Below, in pieces: positions 19,812-29,150 of a DNA stretch of 64,000 nucleotides. Positions within the stretch are counted from its first letter, which is position 1, and every line of letters begins with the position of its first letter. Below the pieces are notes generated by a model, which saw nothing but the letters and a program-made list of their open reading frames with translations, had not been told where the DNA came from and searched no databases. The stretch is from NCBI GenBank assembly GCA_043827025.1, contig JBDRPL010000009.1, forward strand, positions 17,604-81,603. Reading direction: 5' to 3'. Source of the stretch: Candidatus Micrarchaeota archaeon. Lineage in GTDB: Archaea > Micrarchaeota > Micrarchaeia > Anstonellales > Bilamarchaeaceae. The translations under genes and the position numbers were made by a program.

Positions 19812-20960
19812 CTATTCCTTATGTATGAAAACTATCCAGATCCAGCCAATCCCAAGAACAGCGATCAGATAAATTCCAATCCCTGAAATCACATCCCTGA
19901 ATCCTACACGTCCGCATTTATGATCTTTTATTCTGGTTCCATTCTCGCATTTCAAATCAACACACTTGTTGTTTTCACATCCCTGTGTTTCACTGCAATC
20001 TGCTCCAACCATGCATTCGTAATCTACGCACATGTGGTTCTGCGGGTACTGGGCATACTTGCATAATATACTTTCACACATCTTTTCGAAGCACCTCTGG
20101 CTTGCTAGGCATTGGTTGTCAGAACAGCATTCATATTTTATGCACTGATGGTCCAAGATATGTTCGCACGGTTCGCACATGAATGGAATGCATTTATTCC
20201 CTAAGCATTTGCTTTCTTCAGAACAATCCGAGTTTTCTGCGCATTCGTATTTCGTGCATTTGTTTTGGTCGCAGTATTGCCCGCTCTTGCAATCTTCCTT
20301 CGAGCAACATTCATATTGAATGCAGGTGTGGTTTTGGACATGTCCGCAGCTGCAGTCTAGATCAATGCAGAAATTGCTACTGCATTTCTGGCCGGCTCCG
20401 CAGTCAGCATCAGCACAGCACTCATAAGGTACAAACACATGGTCTACGAAATGGCCGCATTCATTGTTTGTTTGTATTGGTTTGCATTTAGTGGTACACC
20501 CGCTTATGCTGCAATACTCGTCGCTTCCGCAATTTGCATCAGTGTAGCATTCATGGCTGGACTTTCTGGTAACTTGTACGTTGTCATTACGGTCCATACA
20601 GTACCAGCCTTCGTTGTTTGTACCTCTTCCCTCGACAAATACATATGCGCACTGCTTGAACATCAATATATTGCTCCCAGTGGGTGCAGGGAATCTTCCA
20701 GTGAGGCTTACCTGCATTTCTTCGTTCGGCCCAAGGGTTTTTTCTAATTCTTTCATTCCGAAAATCCCAACATCTTCAATGTAATGCGCCATCTTGGTGA
20801 CTGTGATTGTCTCGTCGCCTGTGTTTTGGATATAAACTCTTGACAAGTATGTTCCTTCTTCGACACAGCATCCGTTGCAGTCAAAATCAGAATCCATTTC
20901 CATAGTAACTGTGCTGAAAGAAAAGGTCAGCACTAACAATACTAGAAGCAGTCTTTTCAT
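19812..20960 (-). CDS. Secreted/TM-anchored Cys-rich repeat protein
   Basis: Signal peptide, beta-rich domain, ~6 ECxxxxxC repeats, C-terminal TM. Confidence 0.8.
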   Translation of the reverse strand: MKRLLLVLLVLTFSFSTVTMEMDSDFDCNGCCVEEGTYLSRVYIQNTGDETITVTKMAHYIEDVGIFGMKELEKTLGPNEEMQVSLTGRFPAPTGSNILMFKQCAYVFVEGRGTNNEGWYCMDRNDNVQVTRKSSHECYTDANCGSDEYCSISGCTTKCKPIQTNNECGHFVDHVFVPYECCADADCGAGQKCSSNFCIDLDCSCGHVQNHTCIQYECCSKEDCKSGQYCDQNKCTKYECAENSDCSEESKCLGNKCIPFMCEPCEHILDHQCIKYECCSDNQCLASQRCFEKMCESILCKYAQYPQNHMCVDYECMVGADCSETQGCENNKCVDLKCENGTRIKDHKCGRVGFRDVISGIGIYLIAVLGIGWIWIVFIHKE

Positions 20961-21985
20961 TCTAACTCACTCAGTTTATTTTTTATGCCTGAGATGGAAA
21001 GTATCTCATTTGTATCATAGGAATACGTCCTGAAGTCATCCTTTGTAAAAAGCCAGTAAACATCTGTCATTACATTTCCATTTCCCATTCCGTCAAAATT
21101 TCCATCCTGAGGTTCTACTATATAAATATCCTCAGGATTCTCCTTTCCTTTTTGACCTATGCCCGTTTCCATATGGTAAGTCCCGCCGATTTTTGTGACA
21201 TATCCTCCGATGGAATAGAAGTTACACGGGCACTGGACATATGTGTCCATGTCTACCTTGACTCTTATTTCTGATTCCCTGCAGCTCGACTGCAAATTCT
21301 TGTATTCAGTTCTCAGCCATGCTGCCATGTAAAGCGCAAAATCATCACAGTCACCCTGCTTGGAAAGCCAGAATGTGTTTAAATCGAATATTCTCTGTCC
21401 GTCTGCAAAGTTTGAGGTTGTTTGGTCGTCTACCCATACGAATCCAAGGCATTTTGTCATGTCTCTTCCCATTTTGTTTGCGTCTATAATGCAATTTTTA
21501 GCCGGATTTCCACAATAGCTGTGGATTTTATTTTCCTGTTCTTTAGATATCAGACTGTTGGAGCTTACGAAGTTTTCAAGGTTGTCCAGGTTGTATATGA
21601 TGTTTTCCACTTCTTTTTTTGTGGTTAATAATTCTTCTGCCTTTAATTTCAGGAGCGCATTGTTCTCCATGACTTTGTCCTGAAGGGCATCAGCCCTTTC
21701 AACTTCGCTTTCAAGACGAGCCTGCAGGTCTGAATTGTCTGTTTCCTTGGCTTGCAGTTCGTCTTTGCAGACACCGAGCTCCTTTTGTTGCTCTCTTCTG
21801 AGGTTTGTTTCTTGTTTTGTGTTGTTCCCCTGCACTAAGTACATGTTCATATATTTTTCTTTTTCATCACTTTCTTTTGCATATAATGAGAAATGTCTTT
21901 CATTTTCGATGAAAAAGTAGACTGCCAAGAGTATCACCAAAAAAGGCAAAGCCATTGAGATTATGTTTTTGACATTGATTTCCAT
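20957..21985 (-). CDS. Membrane-anchored coiled-coil protein with transglutaminase-like Cys-protease domain
   Basis: N-terminal TM, coiled coil, GDCDDFA...H...VEPQ triad pattern. Confidence 0.7.
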   Translation of the reverse strand: MEINVKNIISMALPFLVILLAVYFFIENERHFSLYAKESDEKEKYMNMYLVQGNNTKQETNLRREQQKELGVCKDELQAKETDNSDLQARLESEVERADALQDKVMENNALLKLKAEELLTTKKEVENIIYNLDNLENFVSSNSLISKEQENKIHSYCGNPAKNCIIDANKMGRDMTKCLGFVWVDDQTTSNFADGQRIFDLNTFWLSKQGDCDDFALYMAAWLRTEYKNLQSSCRESEIRVKVDMDTYVQCPCNFYSIGGYVTKIGGTYHMETGIGQKGKENPEDIYIVEPQDGNFDGMGNGNVMTDVYWLFTKDDFRTYSYDTNEILSISGIKNKLSELE

Positions 21986-22152
21986 GCTTTTATCTTTAGC
22001 TGGAAATTTAAAATCGTTTGCAAAATCAGTTTTGTCCTTTCCTTTCTAAATGAAAAACATGTATTTTTAAATTGTTATAATAAGTAAACTATTAAGGTTG
22101 AAAATAAGAAAAGATTTTTAAATATATTTAGTATAAAACGTGTTGAACAAAA

Positions 22153-22584
22153 ATGGAAGAATTAGTACATTTGCATTTGACTGTGAATGCCCGGGTCGAT
22201 CCAACCTTTGCAGAATTTTCAAAGGAAAAGGCCCAAGCATTTGTGGATGAATTAATGGGAATTACTGGCATGAAGCCTTTAGGCCCTCTAAACTGGGCCG
22301 ATGCCACTGATTTGGATTTTCCAGGCCAGAGCATCGTTCAGATGATAACGACCAGTCATTCAAGTTTGCATTATTTCTCTGATACCAAGGAGATCTACTT
22401 TGATATTTACTCCTGCAAACAGTATGATTACAAAAAAGTGCTGAAGTTGCTGGATAGGACCTTCATGATCAAGGAATGGCATGGTGTATTATATAATCGG
22501 GCGAATGGCAAAGAACCAAAGGTAAAATCAGTTGGTTCCGAGAAAGTTATTATAGTTGCAAGGGAACCAAGCCTGTTTAAGTGA
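22153..22584 (+). CDS. S-adenosylmethionine decarboxylase (SpeD)-like proenzyme
   Basis: ITTSHSSLH and DIYSC correspond to the ESH.S.H and D.F.C motifs. Confidence 0.7.
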   Translation: MEELVHLHLTVNARVDPTFAEFSKEKAQAFVDELMGITGMKPLGPLNWADATDLDFPGQSIVQMITTSHSSLHYFSDTKEIYFDIYSCKQYDYKKVLKLLDRTFMIKEWHGVLYNRANGKEPKVKSVGSEKVIIVAREPSLFK

Positions 22585-22606
22585 AAAATGGAAAAACTTA
22601 TTTTTA

Positions 22607-22723
22607 TCATGCTTCGGCAATATTAGCATCGGTGGCCTCTGCTGCCACCCCATAATTTCGGGCCGTTAAATAAGATGCATTTTCCAAATCAACAATCCTT
22701 TTTTGAATTTGAACTCTTGCCAT
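22607..22723 (-). CDS. Putative 38-aa micro-protein
   Basis: MARVQIQKRIVDLENASYLTARNYGVAAEATDANIAEA* after GAGGTG SD; no homology recognised. Confidence 0.35.
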   Translation of the reverse strand: MARVQIQKRIVDLENASYLTARNYGVAAEATDANIAEA

Positions 22724-22830
22724 ATTTCCACCTCAAACTAGATTTGATATGCGTTAATATTAAGAATCTAATTGAACGAGACATCGGCAAAGCTTCAAGA
22801 ATAGAACGTTCCAAATTATGCATTTATAAT

Positions 22831-24585
22831 CTACTCTTTCTTTTCCTTTGTTTTCTCTGTTGTACTGTCTTTTAGTTTGGGCCTTGTTCTTAAGTATACG
22901 AGCGTAAGGGCAGCGGTTATCACAACAACTATCAGTAGTGCATAATCCAGTTTTTCATCATCAAAAATTATTCCGCGTTTCTTCTTTTTGTCAATTTCAG
23001 TGTCTGTTTTATCTGCCATTGTGCTTCCTGATGCAATTGGCGTTCCGTTCTTAGAGAACTTAAAGTCATAAACTCCTGCATTGTCTGCCATTAATATTGC
23101 TCTTCCCTTTTCATCAGTTATGATTGTTTTCTTCTCCCCATTAGGGTCTGTTATCGTGACAGTTGTTCCCTGGGATGGCTTTCCGCATTCATTCACTTGT
23201 ATGTTTATGTTGTCACCAACATTTACTGTTGGAGGGATTGTTGTCTGGTATTCTGTGCAATCTTTCATATCTGTGCATTCTCCTGCCCTGCAATACTCGG
23301 TGTCTGCACAATCCTGGCTTGTGGTGCATTTGGTTTTTCCCCCATTATTCCCATTAGGGGGTGTTATCCCGCCATTGCAATTGAAATCATAATCCGTTTC
23401 ATACATCCCGCCATCTGTGTATCCTGAAGCATATACGCTTATTCTGTGAGTTCCGTAATTTAGGTTCATACTTGTCTGGCCTGAGGCGTCTGTCTGGAAA
23501 GGCACTTCATCAACAGTTACATATGCGTTTTGGATAGGCCCGGTTACTGAATCTGTAACTGTGACTATAATTCCGTTTGGGCAATCATTGCTTATTTCCA
23601 CTTCAATATGGCCTTTGTCCATACACGCGTGGTCATAGCATATTTTACCTGTGCCGCATTCAGTATCAGAGCAGCAGGTATATGTGGTCCATGCATGATG
23701 TTCTATCTTTCCGCATGTGCCATGTGTTTCGACTTCCCTGCATTTTGAATAGCATGAGGTTCCGGCATTATAACAGTATTCATTGTCCTTGCAGTCATCA
23801 TTTGTTTCGCATTCGTAGCTTGTCTTGGAAGCCAGCTTGAATATTTTAGGTTCGCATTCGATCATTTCGTAAGGAGTTCCCTGATTGTTTTCAAAATAAA
23901 CGCAAACATCATATTCCAAATTGTATTCCTTTGTTTCTGGCAATTCCCCTGAGATCTCAAAGGCGTCATTTTCCAGCATGTTTATTCTGGTCCCTGTTGC
24001 ATCAGTGTAATTTCCAAATAGCATCCCATCCTTTGTTTTCAGCTCGATTTTCTTTACCTTTATTTCATTGTATGGGTTATTGTTAGTCACCTCTGCAATT
24101 CCAAGGTATGTGCTTTCCGAGAAGCAGCATCCGTCTTGGCATCTGAAGTGGACGTTAGTTTCAATTCTATCGCTCGGATTATATGTGCACTCTACTTCTG
24201 AGTCATAGAGATGCACACTTTTCGTTCCGCTGCAATCCCATTGCGTATTCCCTGGAGTCCCTCCGATTTCCTCGTACTGGGCACATATAAAATAATATGC
24301 GTCATTCTCATTTGGGAGTAATCCGCTTACTAAGTATGTTCCTGAAAGACCAACTGAGATATGCTGTCCATTTAGGTCAGTCCATGTTCCGAAAACCTGG
24401 TTGTTTGACATCAGCCTGAGTTCTATGGCATATATATTTATTGCAGCGTTGTGGTCATTTACTATTTCCACATTTGCAGAATATGTCTGGCCTTTTGTGC
24501 AGCAGCTTCCGCAGTTGAATGCTGCAGTTCCATCAATTGCAAACAGTGTTCCAATGACCAATAGTAACAAAACGAGCTTTTTCAT
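22831..24585 (-). CDS. Cys-rich surface protein with tandem beta-sandwich domains and C-terminal TM
   Basis: Signal peptide, two copies of F.C..CC....TY......N domain, Cys-rich repeats, TM plus basic tail. Confidence 0.8.
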   Translation of the reverse strand: MKKLVLLLLVIGTLFAIDGTAAFNCGSCCTKGQTYSANVEIVNDHNAAINIYAIELRLMSNNQVFGTWTDLNGQHISVGLSGTYLVSGLLPNENDAYYFICAQYEEIGGTPGNTQWDCSGTKSVHLYDSEVECTYNPSDRIETNVHFRCQDGCCFSESTYLGIAEVTNNNPYNEIKVKKIELKTKDGMLFGNYTDATGTRINMLENDAFEISGELPETKEYNLEYDVCVYFENNQGTPYEMIECEPKIFKLASKTSYECETNDDCKDNEYCYNAGTSCYSKCREVETHGTCGKIEHHAWTTYTCCSDTECGTGKICYDHACMDKGHIEVEISNDCPNGIIVTVTDSVTGPIQNAYVTVDEVPFQTDASGQTSMNLNYGTHRISVYASGYTDGGMYETDYDFNCNGGITPPNGNNGGKTKCTTSQDCADTEYCRAGECTDMKDCTEYQTTIPPTVNVGDNINIQVNECGKPSQGTTVTITDPNGEKKTIITDEKGRAILMADNAGVYDFKFSKNGTPIASGSTMADKTDTEIDKKKKRGIIFDDEKLDYALLIVVVITAALTLVYLRTRPKLKDSTTEKTKEKKE

Positions 24586-24665
24586 GCTAAACTATCTATT
24601 ATTCCTCTTTTATTTCTTTCTGTGGCGGAGATAAGTTGCATTTATAATACTTTTGTGGAATATAT

Positions 24666-24822
24666 TTACTAATGCCAATCCCAGGACCAAGAGGTTCGCC
24701 GGGCCATCTGTAGCCTGCAGCGGAATGTCAGGACAAAGAACTTTATAGAAAAATAGGCCGGATAAGAAGGGAAATGACCCGCGAACGGCAGAGAGGAAAT
24801 CAAAACTGGAAAGCATTGGTAA
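24666..24822 (+). ncRNA. Candidate structured ncRNA or pyrF leader (~157 nt)
   Basis: Nested stems TTACTAATGC/GCATTGGTAA, CCAG/CTGG, GTTCGC/GCGAAC; TTTATAAT at 24641; T7 tract at 24831. Confidence 0.6.
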
Positions 24823-24862
24823 TTGCTTAGTTTTTTTAGCCTATCTGACCAAATCCTAGTCT

Positions 24863-25645
24863 ATGTCGTCCAACCTTATCAAATTTGCAGAGGAGAACAA
24901 AACTGTTTTATGTTTCGGTGTTGATCCTGTAAAGGAGAAGATGCCGTCTGGCGTTTCAATCTCGAACTTTTTCGGTTCAATGATTGACACGCTTCTCAAC
25001 GAGCACCAGATTGCTTCCATAAAGCCTAACTATGCTTTCTTTGCTCAGTATGGGTTTGATGGCCTGAAAGAGCTAAAGCATTTGCTTGACAAATACAAAA
25101 ACAAAACACATATCATACTTGATGCAAAACGCGGAGACATTGGAAACACAGGCAAGGCCTATGCAAAGGAAATATTCGATTTCTGGGGTGCAGATGCTGT
25201 TACCATTTCGCCTTACATGGGATTTGATTCAGTCGAGCCCTTCCTGAGGGAAGGAAAAACAGTTTACATGCTCTGTAAAACATCAAACAAGGGTTCGAAT
25301 GATTTTCAGGAAATAGCTGATTCAAAAGGAGAAAAACTATACACGCACGTAGCAAAAAAGGCAGTTGAATGGAAAACTGGTTTGGTTGTTGGAGCAACAA
25401 GTGATTCCATCGATTCAATTATAAATATTACAAAAGGACAAATTCCATTCCTGATTCCAGGAGTTGGAACACAAGGTGGGGATTTGGAAATGGTTCTCAA
25501 TGCCATTAAAGCAAATCCAATGATACACAGGATAAATTCTTCTTCTGGAATCTCTTATGCCTATCAAAAAACAGGAGAAAAGCCTGAAGTTTCGGCATTG
25601 AATGAGGCAAAGAAGCTCAATTCCCTGATTGGCAGATTATTCTAA
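24863..25645 (+). CDS. pyrF: Orotidine-5'-phosphate decarboxylase
   Basis: LCFGVDP, KPN, DAKRGDIGNT, LIPGVGTQGG. Confidence 0.95.
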   Translation: MSSNLIKFAEENKTVLCFGVDPVKEKMPSGVSISNFFGSMIDTLLNEHQIASIKPNYAFFAQYGFDGLKELKHLLDKYKNKTHIILDAKRGDIGNTGKAYAKEIFDFWGADAVTISPYMGFDSVEPFLREGKTVYMLCKTSNKGSNDFQEIADSKGEKLYTHVAKKAVEWKTGLVVGATSDSIDSIINITKGQIPFLIPGVGTQGGDLEMVLNAIKANPMIHRINSSSGISYAYQKTGEKPEVSALNEAKKLNSLIGRLF

Positions 25646-26389
25646 TTTTTCATTTGTCCCTTCACTTTTATTCATCTCTTCAATTTCTTCCTGGTTTTTG
25701 CCTTCCACTTTTTTCTTTTCATCCTTTTTTTCTTCGCGTTTCAAATACTCAGGCATTTCCTTTTCCTTTGCCCTATTCTCTGCAAGCCTCATGAGCACCC
25801 AGCTTGCAACGCCAATAACTGCGAATACTATCATCAGAGTCACAAGAAGGCTTTTTGTCCAGTCCGTTATGATTATCTGGAACTTTGCAACCATTGCCTT
25901 ATTTTCCGATGTCTGAGAGATATCTGAGAAAAAGTTCGGGAAAATCGCGCCAAATATGATTGGGATTATAAGCCAAAGCACCGCCATGCTGACAACATAC
26001 ATTATGGAATTGTTCCTAAAGCTGCGGAATATGTCTGTGAATGTAAGTGCAATATTCCTGTTCTTAAGATAAAGCAAAAATGAGGCAATTGCTATAAGTA
26101 TGATTATTGCAGGGAACACAATGTTTTTCATTTGGTTAAGTCCTATCTGCTCGCCTATTGTTCCGAACTGCGAATCCAACATTTTATCAAAATCGTCAGA
26201 ATTTTGTTGTGGTACATTTACAAATTCCTTGATCTCTTTCTTGAGCTCAACAAGCTTGTCCGGGAGTATGGCTCCGGTGACTGCAAGAAATATCAGCAGA
26301 AATGCAACTAAAAAGGCCAGCCCTGCAAGCTTTCCCAAAACAAAATCCTTTATTCCCATAATAAAAACCTGATTTTCATACTTGTGCAC
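25637..26389 (-). CDS. Hypothetical membrane protein (4 TM)
   Basis: Hydrophobic segments with charged C-terminal tail. Confidence 0.7.
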   Translation of the reverse strand: MHKYENQVFIMGIKDFVLGKLAGLAFLVAFLLIFLAVTGAILPDKLVELKKEIKEFVNVPQQNSDDFDKMLDSQFGTIGEQIGLNQMKNIVFPAIIILIAIASFLLYLKNRNIALTFTDIFRSFRNNSIMYVVSMAVLWLIIPIIFGAIFPNFFSDISQTSENKAMVAKFQIIITDWTKSLLVTLMIVFAVIGVASWVLMRLAENRAKEKEMPEYLKREEKKDEKKKVEGKNQEEIEEMNKSEGTNEKLE

Positions 26390-26635
26390 TTAAACCTGTA
26401 TTCCAATGAATTTCAATACTATCAATATCAATAAACCCGGTATTCCGCCTATTGCTGCAACAATTACAGTGACTGCAGTTATAGGAAGTATCCCGAAGAA
26501 ATAGCACAGAAAGAGCCCTACGATTGAAATCACAGTTTGTATTAATAGTTTGGCAATGCTCTTCAATACTTTGAAAAGCACGAAGCTCAATACCACTGCA
26601 AGCCCAGTATATCCAAGAATTCCAATGACATCCAT
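26390..26635 (-). CDS. BofA-like small membrane protein
   Basis: PIT..T......GGIPG motif in a 3-TM protein. Confidence 0.6.
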   Translation of the reverse strand: MDVIGILGYTGLAVVLSFVLFKVLKSIAKLLIQTVISIVGLFLCYFFGILPITAVTVIVAAIGGIPGLLILIVLKFIGIQV

Positions 26636-26706
26636 GCTTTTGATTCGAATCGCAAGTATTAAAATAGTTCTGTCTGAATCTATTCTAGAATTTCAGAGGT
26701 GGTAGA

Positions 26707-28692
26707 GTGGTAACATTAGCTTTGTCTTTAGCATTTGCAATTGGCATCATTACCCTGTTGTATGCAGGATGGCTTACAAGGGGAGTGATGCAGGCAAAGA
26801 GCGGAGACGCAAAGATGCAGCAGATATCCAAAGCAATACAGGAGGGCGCTAATGCTTTCTTGATGAGGCAATACAAAACATTGTTGCCCCTTGTCGTGGT
26901 TCTGCTTGCAATAATTGGATATTTCATAAGTTTCAATACAGGAATTGCATTTCTTGCAGGAGTATTATCTTCTGCTTTGGCAGGATATGTCGGCATGCAG
27001 GTTTCTGTTCGTGCAAATGTAAGAGTGGCTCAAGCAGCCAGTTCTGGCCTGGATCAGGCACTGAGCCTTGCATTCAGAGGCGGTTCTGTAACTGGAATGG
27101 CATTGACGGGTCTTGGATTAGTTGGCCTTTCTGCTCTTTACTTTGCATTTGGTGCAGATCAGGCAGCACTTGTTCCCTTGATTGGATATGGGTTCGGTGC
27201 ATCTTTGATTTCACTGTTCGCAAGGGTTGGCGGCGGAATCTACACAAAAGCAGCAGATGTTGGTGCTGACCTTGTTGGTAAAGTTGAGAAGGGAATACCT
27301 GAAGATGACCCAAGGAATCCTGCAGTGATTGCAGACAACGTTGGAGACAATGTTGGTGATTGCGCAGGCATGGCAGCAGATGTGTTTGAATCATTTGTTG
27401 TCACCATAATCGCAGCAATGCTTCTTGGCGGTGCGCTGGTTAACAATATGGAGATTCCACTTGCAATAGGTGCATTGGGAGTTCTCGCAAGCATAATTGG
27501 CTCGTTATTTGTCAGATTGGGAAAGAGCAAGAAAATCATGGGCGCATTTTACATGGGTATTGGCGTAAGCGCAGTGTTCCTGTTGATCTTGTCATATGCA
27601 TACTTGAATTACATAGGGGACGTTTCATTGTTTCCTGTAATCATAGTGGGTGCATTGGTGACTGGAATAATGTTTTATGTAACTGAATACTACACAGGAA
27701 AGGAATACGGGCCAGTGCAGCAGGTCGCAGCAGCATCAAAAACAGGTGCTGGAACAAATATCATACAAGGTCTTGCAATTGGAATGCAGTCTACTGTAAT
27801 TCCAGTATTATTAATTGTAATTGCAATTGCCATTTCGTACACAGTAGGTGGATTGTTTGGAATAGCAGTTGCTGCAGCAGCAATGCTTTCATTGTCTGGC
27901 ATAGTGATTGCAGTTGACTCATATGGTCCAATCACTGATAATGCAGGTGGAATAGCTGAGATGAGCGGATTGCCTCCAAATGTGAGGAAAATAACTGATG
28001 AGCTGGATTCTGTTGGAAACACAACAAAGGCAACGACAAAAGGTTTTGCCATAGTTGGTGCAGCACTTGGCGCACTTGCGCTTTTCGCTGCTTTCAGCGA
28101 AGCCACGGGCTTGACAGTGATTAATCTGTTGATGCCACAGGTTACTATAGGTCTGTTCATCGGAGCAGCGCTTCCATTCATCTTCTCCAGCCTTTTGATG
28201 ACTGCTGTTGGTAAAGCAGCATTTGAGATTGTTGAAGAGGTAAGGAGACAGTTCCGTGAGATAAAGGGATTGATGGAAGGCACTGGAAAAGCTGACTATG
28301 CAAGATGCGTTGACATTTCGACAAAAACAGCTTTGAAAGAACTTGTTGTTCCTGGAATCATCGCAGTCTTCACTCCATTGGTTGTTGGCCTTCTGTTCGG
28401 TGCAGAGGCTCTTGCAGGCCTATTGGCAGGGGTTATTGCATCTGGTCTGCTCATGGCATTGTTCATGTGCAACGCAGGCGCAGCCTGGGACAATGGAAAG
28501 AAATACGTTGAAGATGGCAACTTCGGTGGCAAGGGAAGCGATGCTCACAAGGCAGCAGTTGTTGGTGACACAGTTGGGGATCCATTGAAGGATACGGCCG
28601 GTCCAGCATTGAATGCTTTGATTAAAGTAGTAAATACGGTTTCACTTGTGTTTGCTTCTTTGATATTGGCGTATGGGATACATCTGATTTAG
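26707..28692 (+). CDS. hppA: Membrane-bound ion-translocating pyrophosphatase
   Basis: GGGIYTKAADVGADLVGKVE, EDDPRN, DNVGDNVGD, GDTVGDPLKDTAGP. Confidence 0.97.
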   Translation: MVTLALSLAFAIGIITLLYAGWLTRGVMQAKSGDAKMQQISKAIQEGANAFLMRQYKTLLPLVVVLLAIIGYFISFNTGIAFLAGVLSSALAGYVGMQVSVRANVRVAQAASSGLDQALSLAFRGGSVTGMALTGLGLVGLSALYFAFGADQAALVPLIGYGFGASLISLFARVGGGIYTKAADVGADLVGKVEKGIPEDDPRNPAVIADNVGDNVGDCAGMAADVFESFVVTIIAAMLLGGALVNNMEIPLAIGALGVLASIIGSLFVRLGKSKKIMGAFYMGIGVSAVFLLILSYAYLNYIGDVSLFPVIIVGALVTGIMFYVTEYYTGKEYGPVQQVAAASKTGAGTNIIQGLAIGMQSTVIPVLLIVIAIAISYTVGGLFGIAVAAAAMLSLSGIVIAVDSYGPITDNAGGIAEMSGLPPNVRKITDELDSVGNTTKATTKGFAIVGAALGALALFAAFSEATGLTVINLLMPQVTIGLFIGAALPFIFSSLLMTAVGKAAFEIVEEVRRQFREIKGLMEGTGKADYARCVDISTKTALKELVVPGIIAVFTPLVVGLLFGAEALAGLLAGVIASGLLMALFMCNAGAAWDNGKKYVEDGNFGGKGSDAHKAAVVGDTVGDPLKDTAGPALNALIKVVNTVSLVFASLILAYGIHLI

Positions 28693-28777
28693 GTCTTGGG
28701 TCTAGCGTCCTGAGTTTCGAATCCTTATTTTTTATTTTTCTTTTCTTATTAGGCGCTATCACATCTATTTTTAATGA

Positions 28778-29125
28778 CAGCCCAAGGGGGATGCCCACTC
28801 ATCGTGAACGAAGTTCACGAGTGTGCCCGTGACCGTGTGTTAAGTTGTCCTGAAAAGGATGCGACTGTAGGGGGATCCAAGCAACAAAAGCAAAGCCTCC
28901 AAAATTAAGAAGCTGATTAAACTGGCGCGTGCTAAGAAATAGTTTCTATTCCATACGGATTCCGTATTTTCGTCTCATAGAGCAGCCTTTATATGCTCTG
29001 CTACTCAGAAGAGCACTCGGCGAGATGATCTATTCTCCGATAAAACGGCGTTCCGTTTTATGGATCATAAATCGATGCGTCGATTTATCGGTCGTGCCAA
29101 ATTTGGCATAGTCGTGCTAAACAGG
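28778..29125. other. Hairpin-dense non-coding segment between hppA and the tRNA-Leu 3' end
   Basis: At least five perfect hairpins; starts with the same CAGCCCAAGGGGG as the IS200 left end. Confidence 0.45.
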
Positions 29126-29150
29126 AGTAAGATCTCTGATCTAATATAAA

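Noticed and set aside
24666..24822. Assignment as SRP RNA, RNase P RNA or lysine/cobalamin riboswitch
   Set aside because: CAGG-ACC-AAGA-GGT lacks the AGCA partner and GNRA loop of SRP helix 8; GAGGAAA has no matching P4/CR-V partner; riboswitch consensus is incomplete.
28700..28730. TTCGAATCC T-loop-like motif after hppA
   Set aside because: Weak stem and no remaining cloverleaf; it lies in the T-rich terminator region.
28821..28840. GTGTGCCCG resembling a group II intron 5' end
   Set aside because: No domain V/VI or reverse transcriptase found on either strand.
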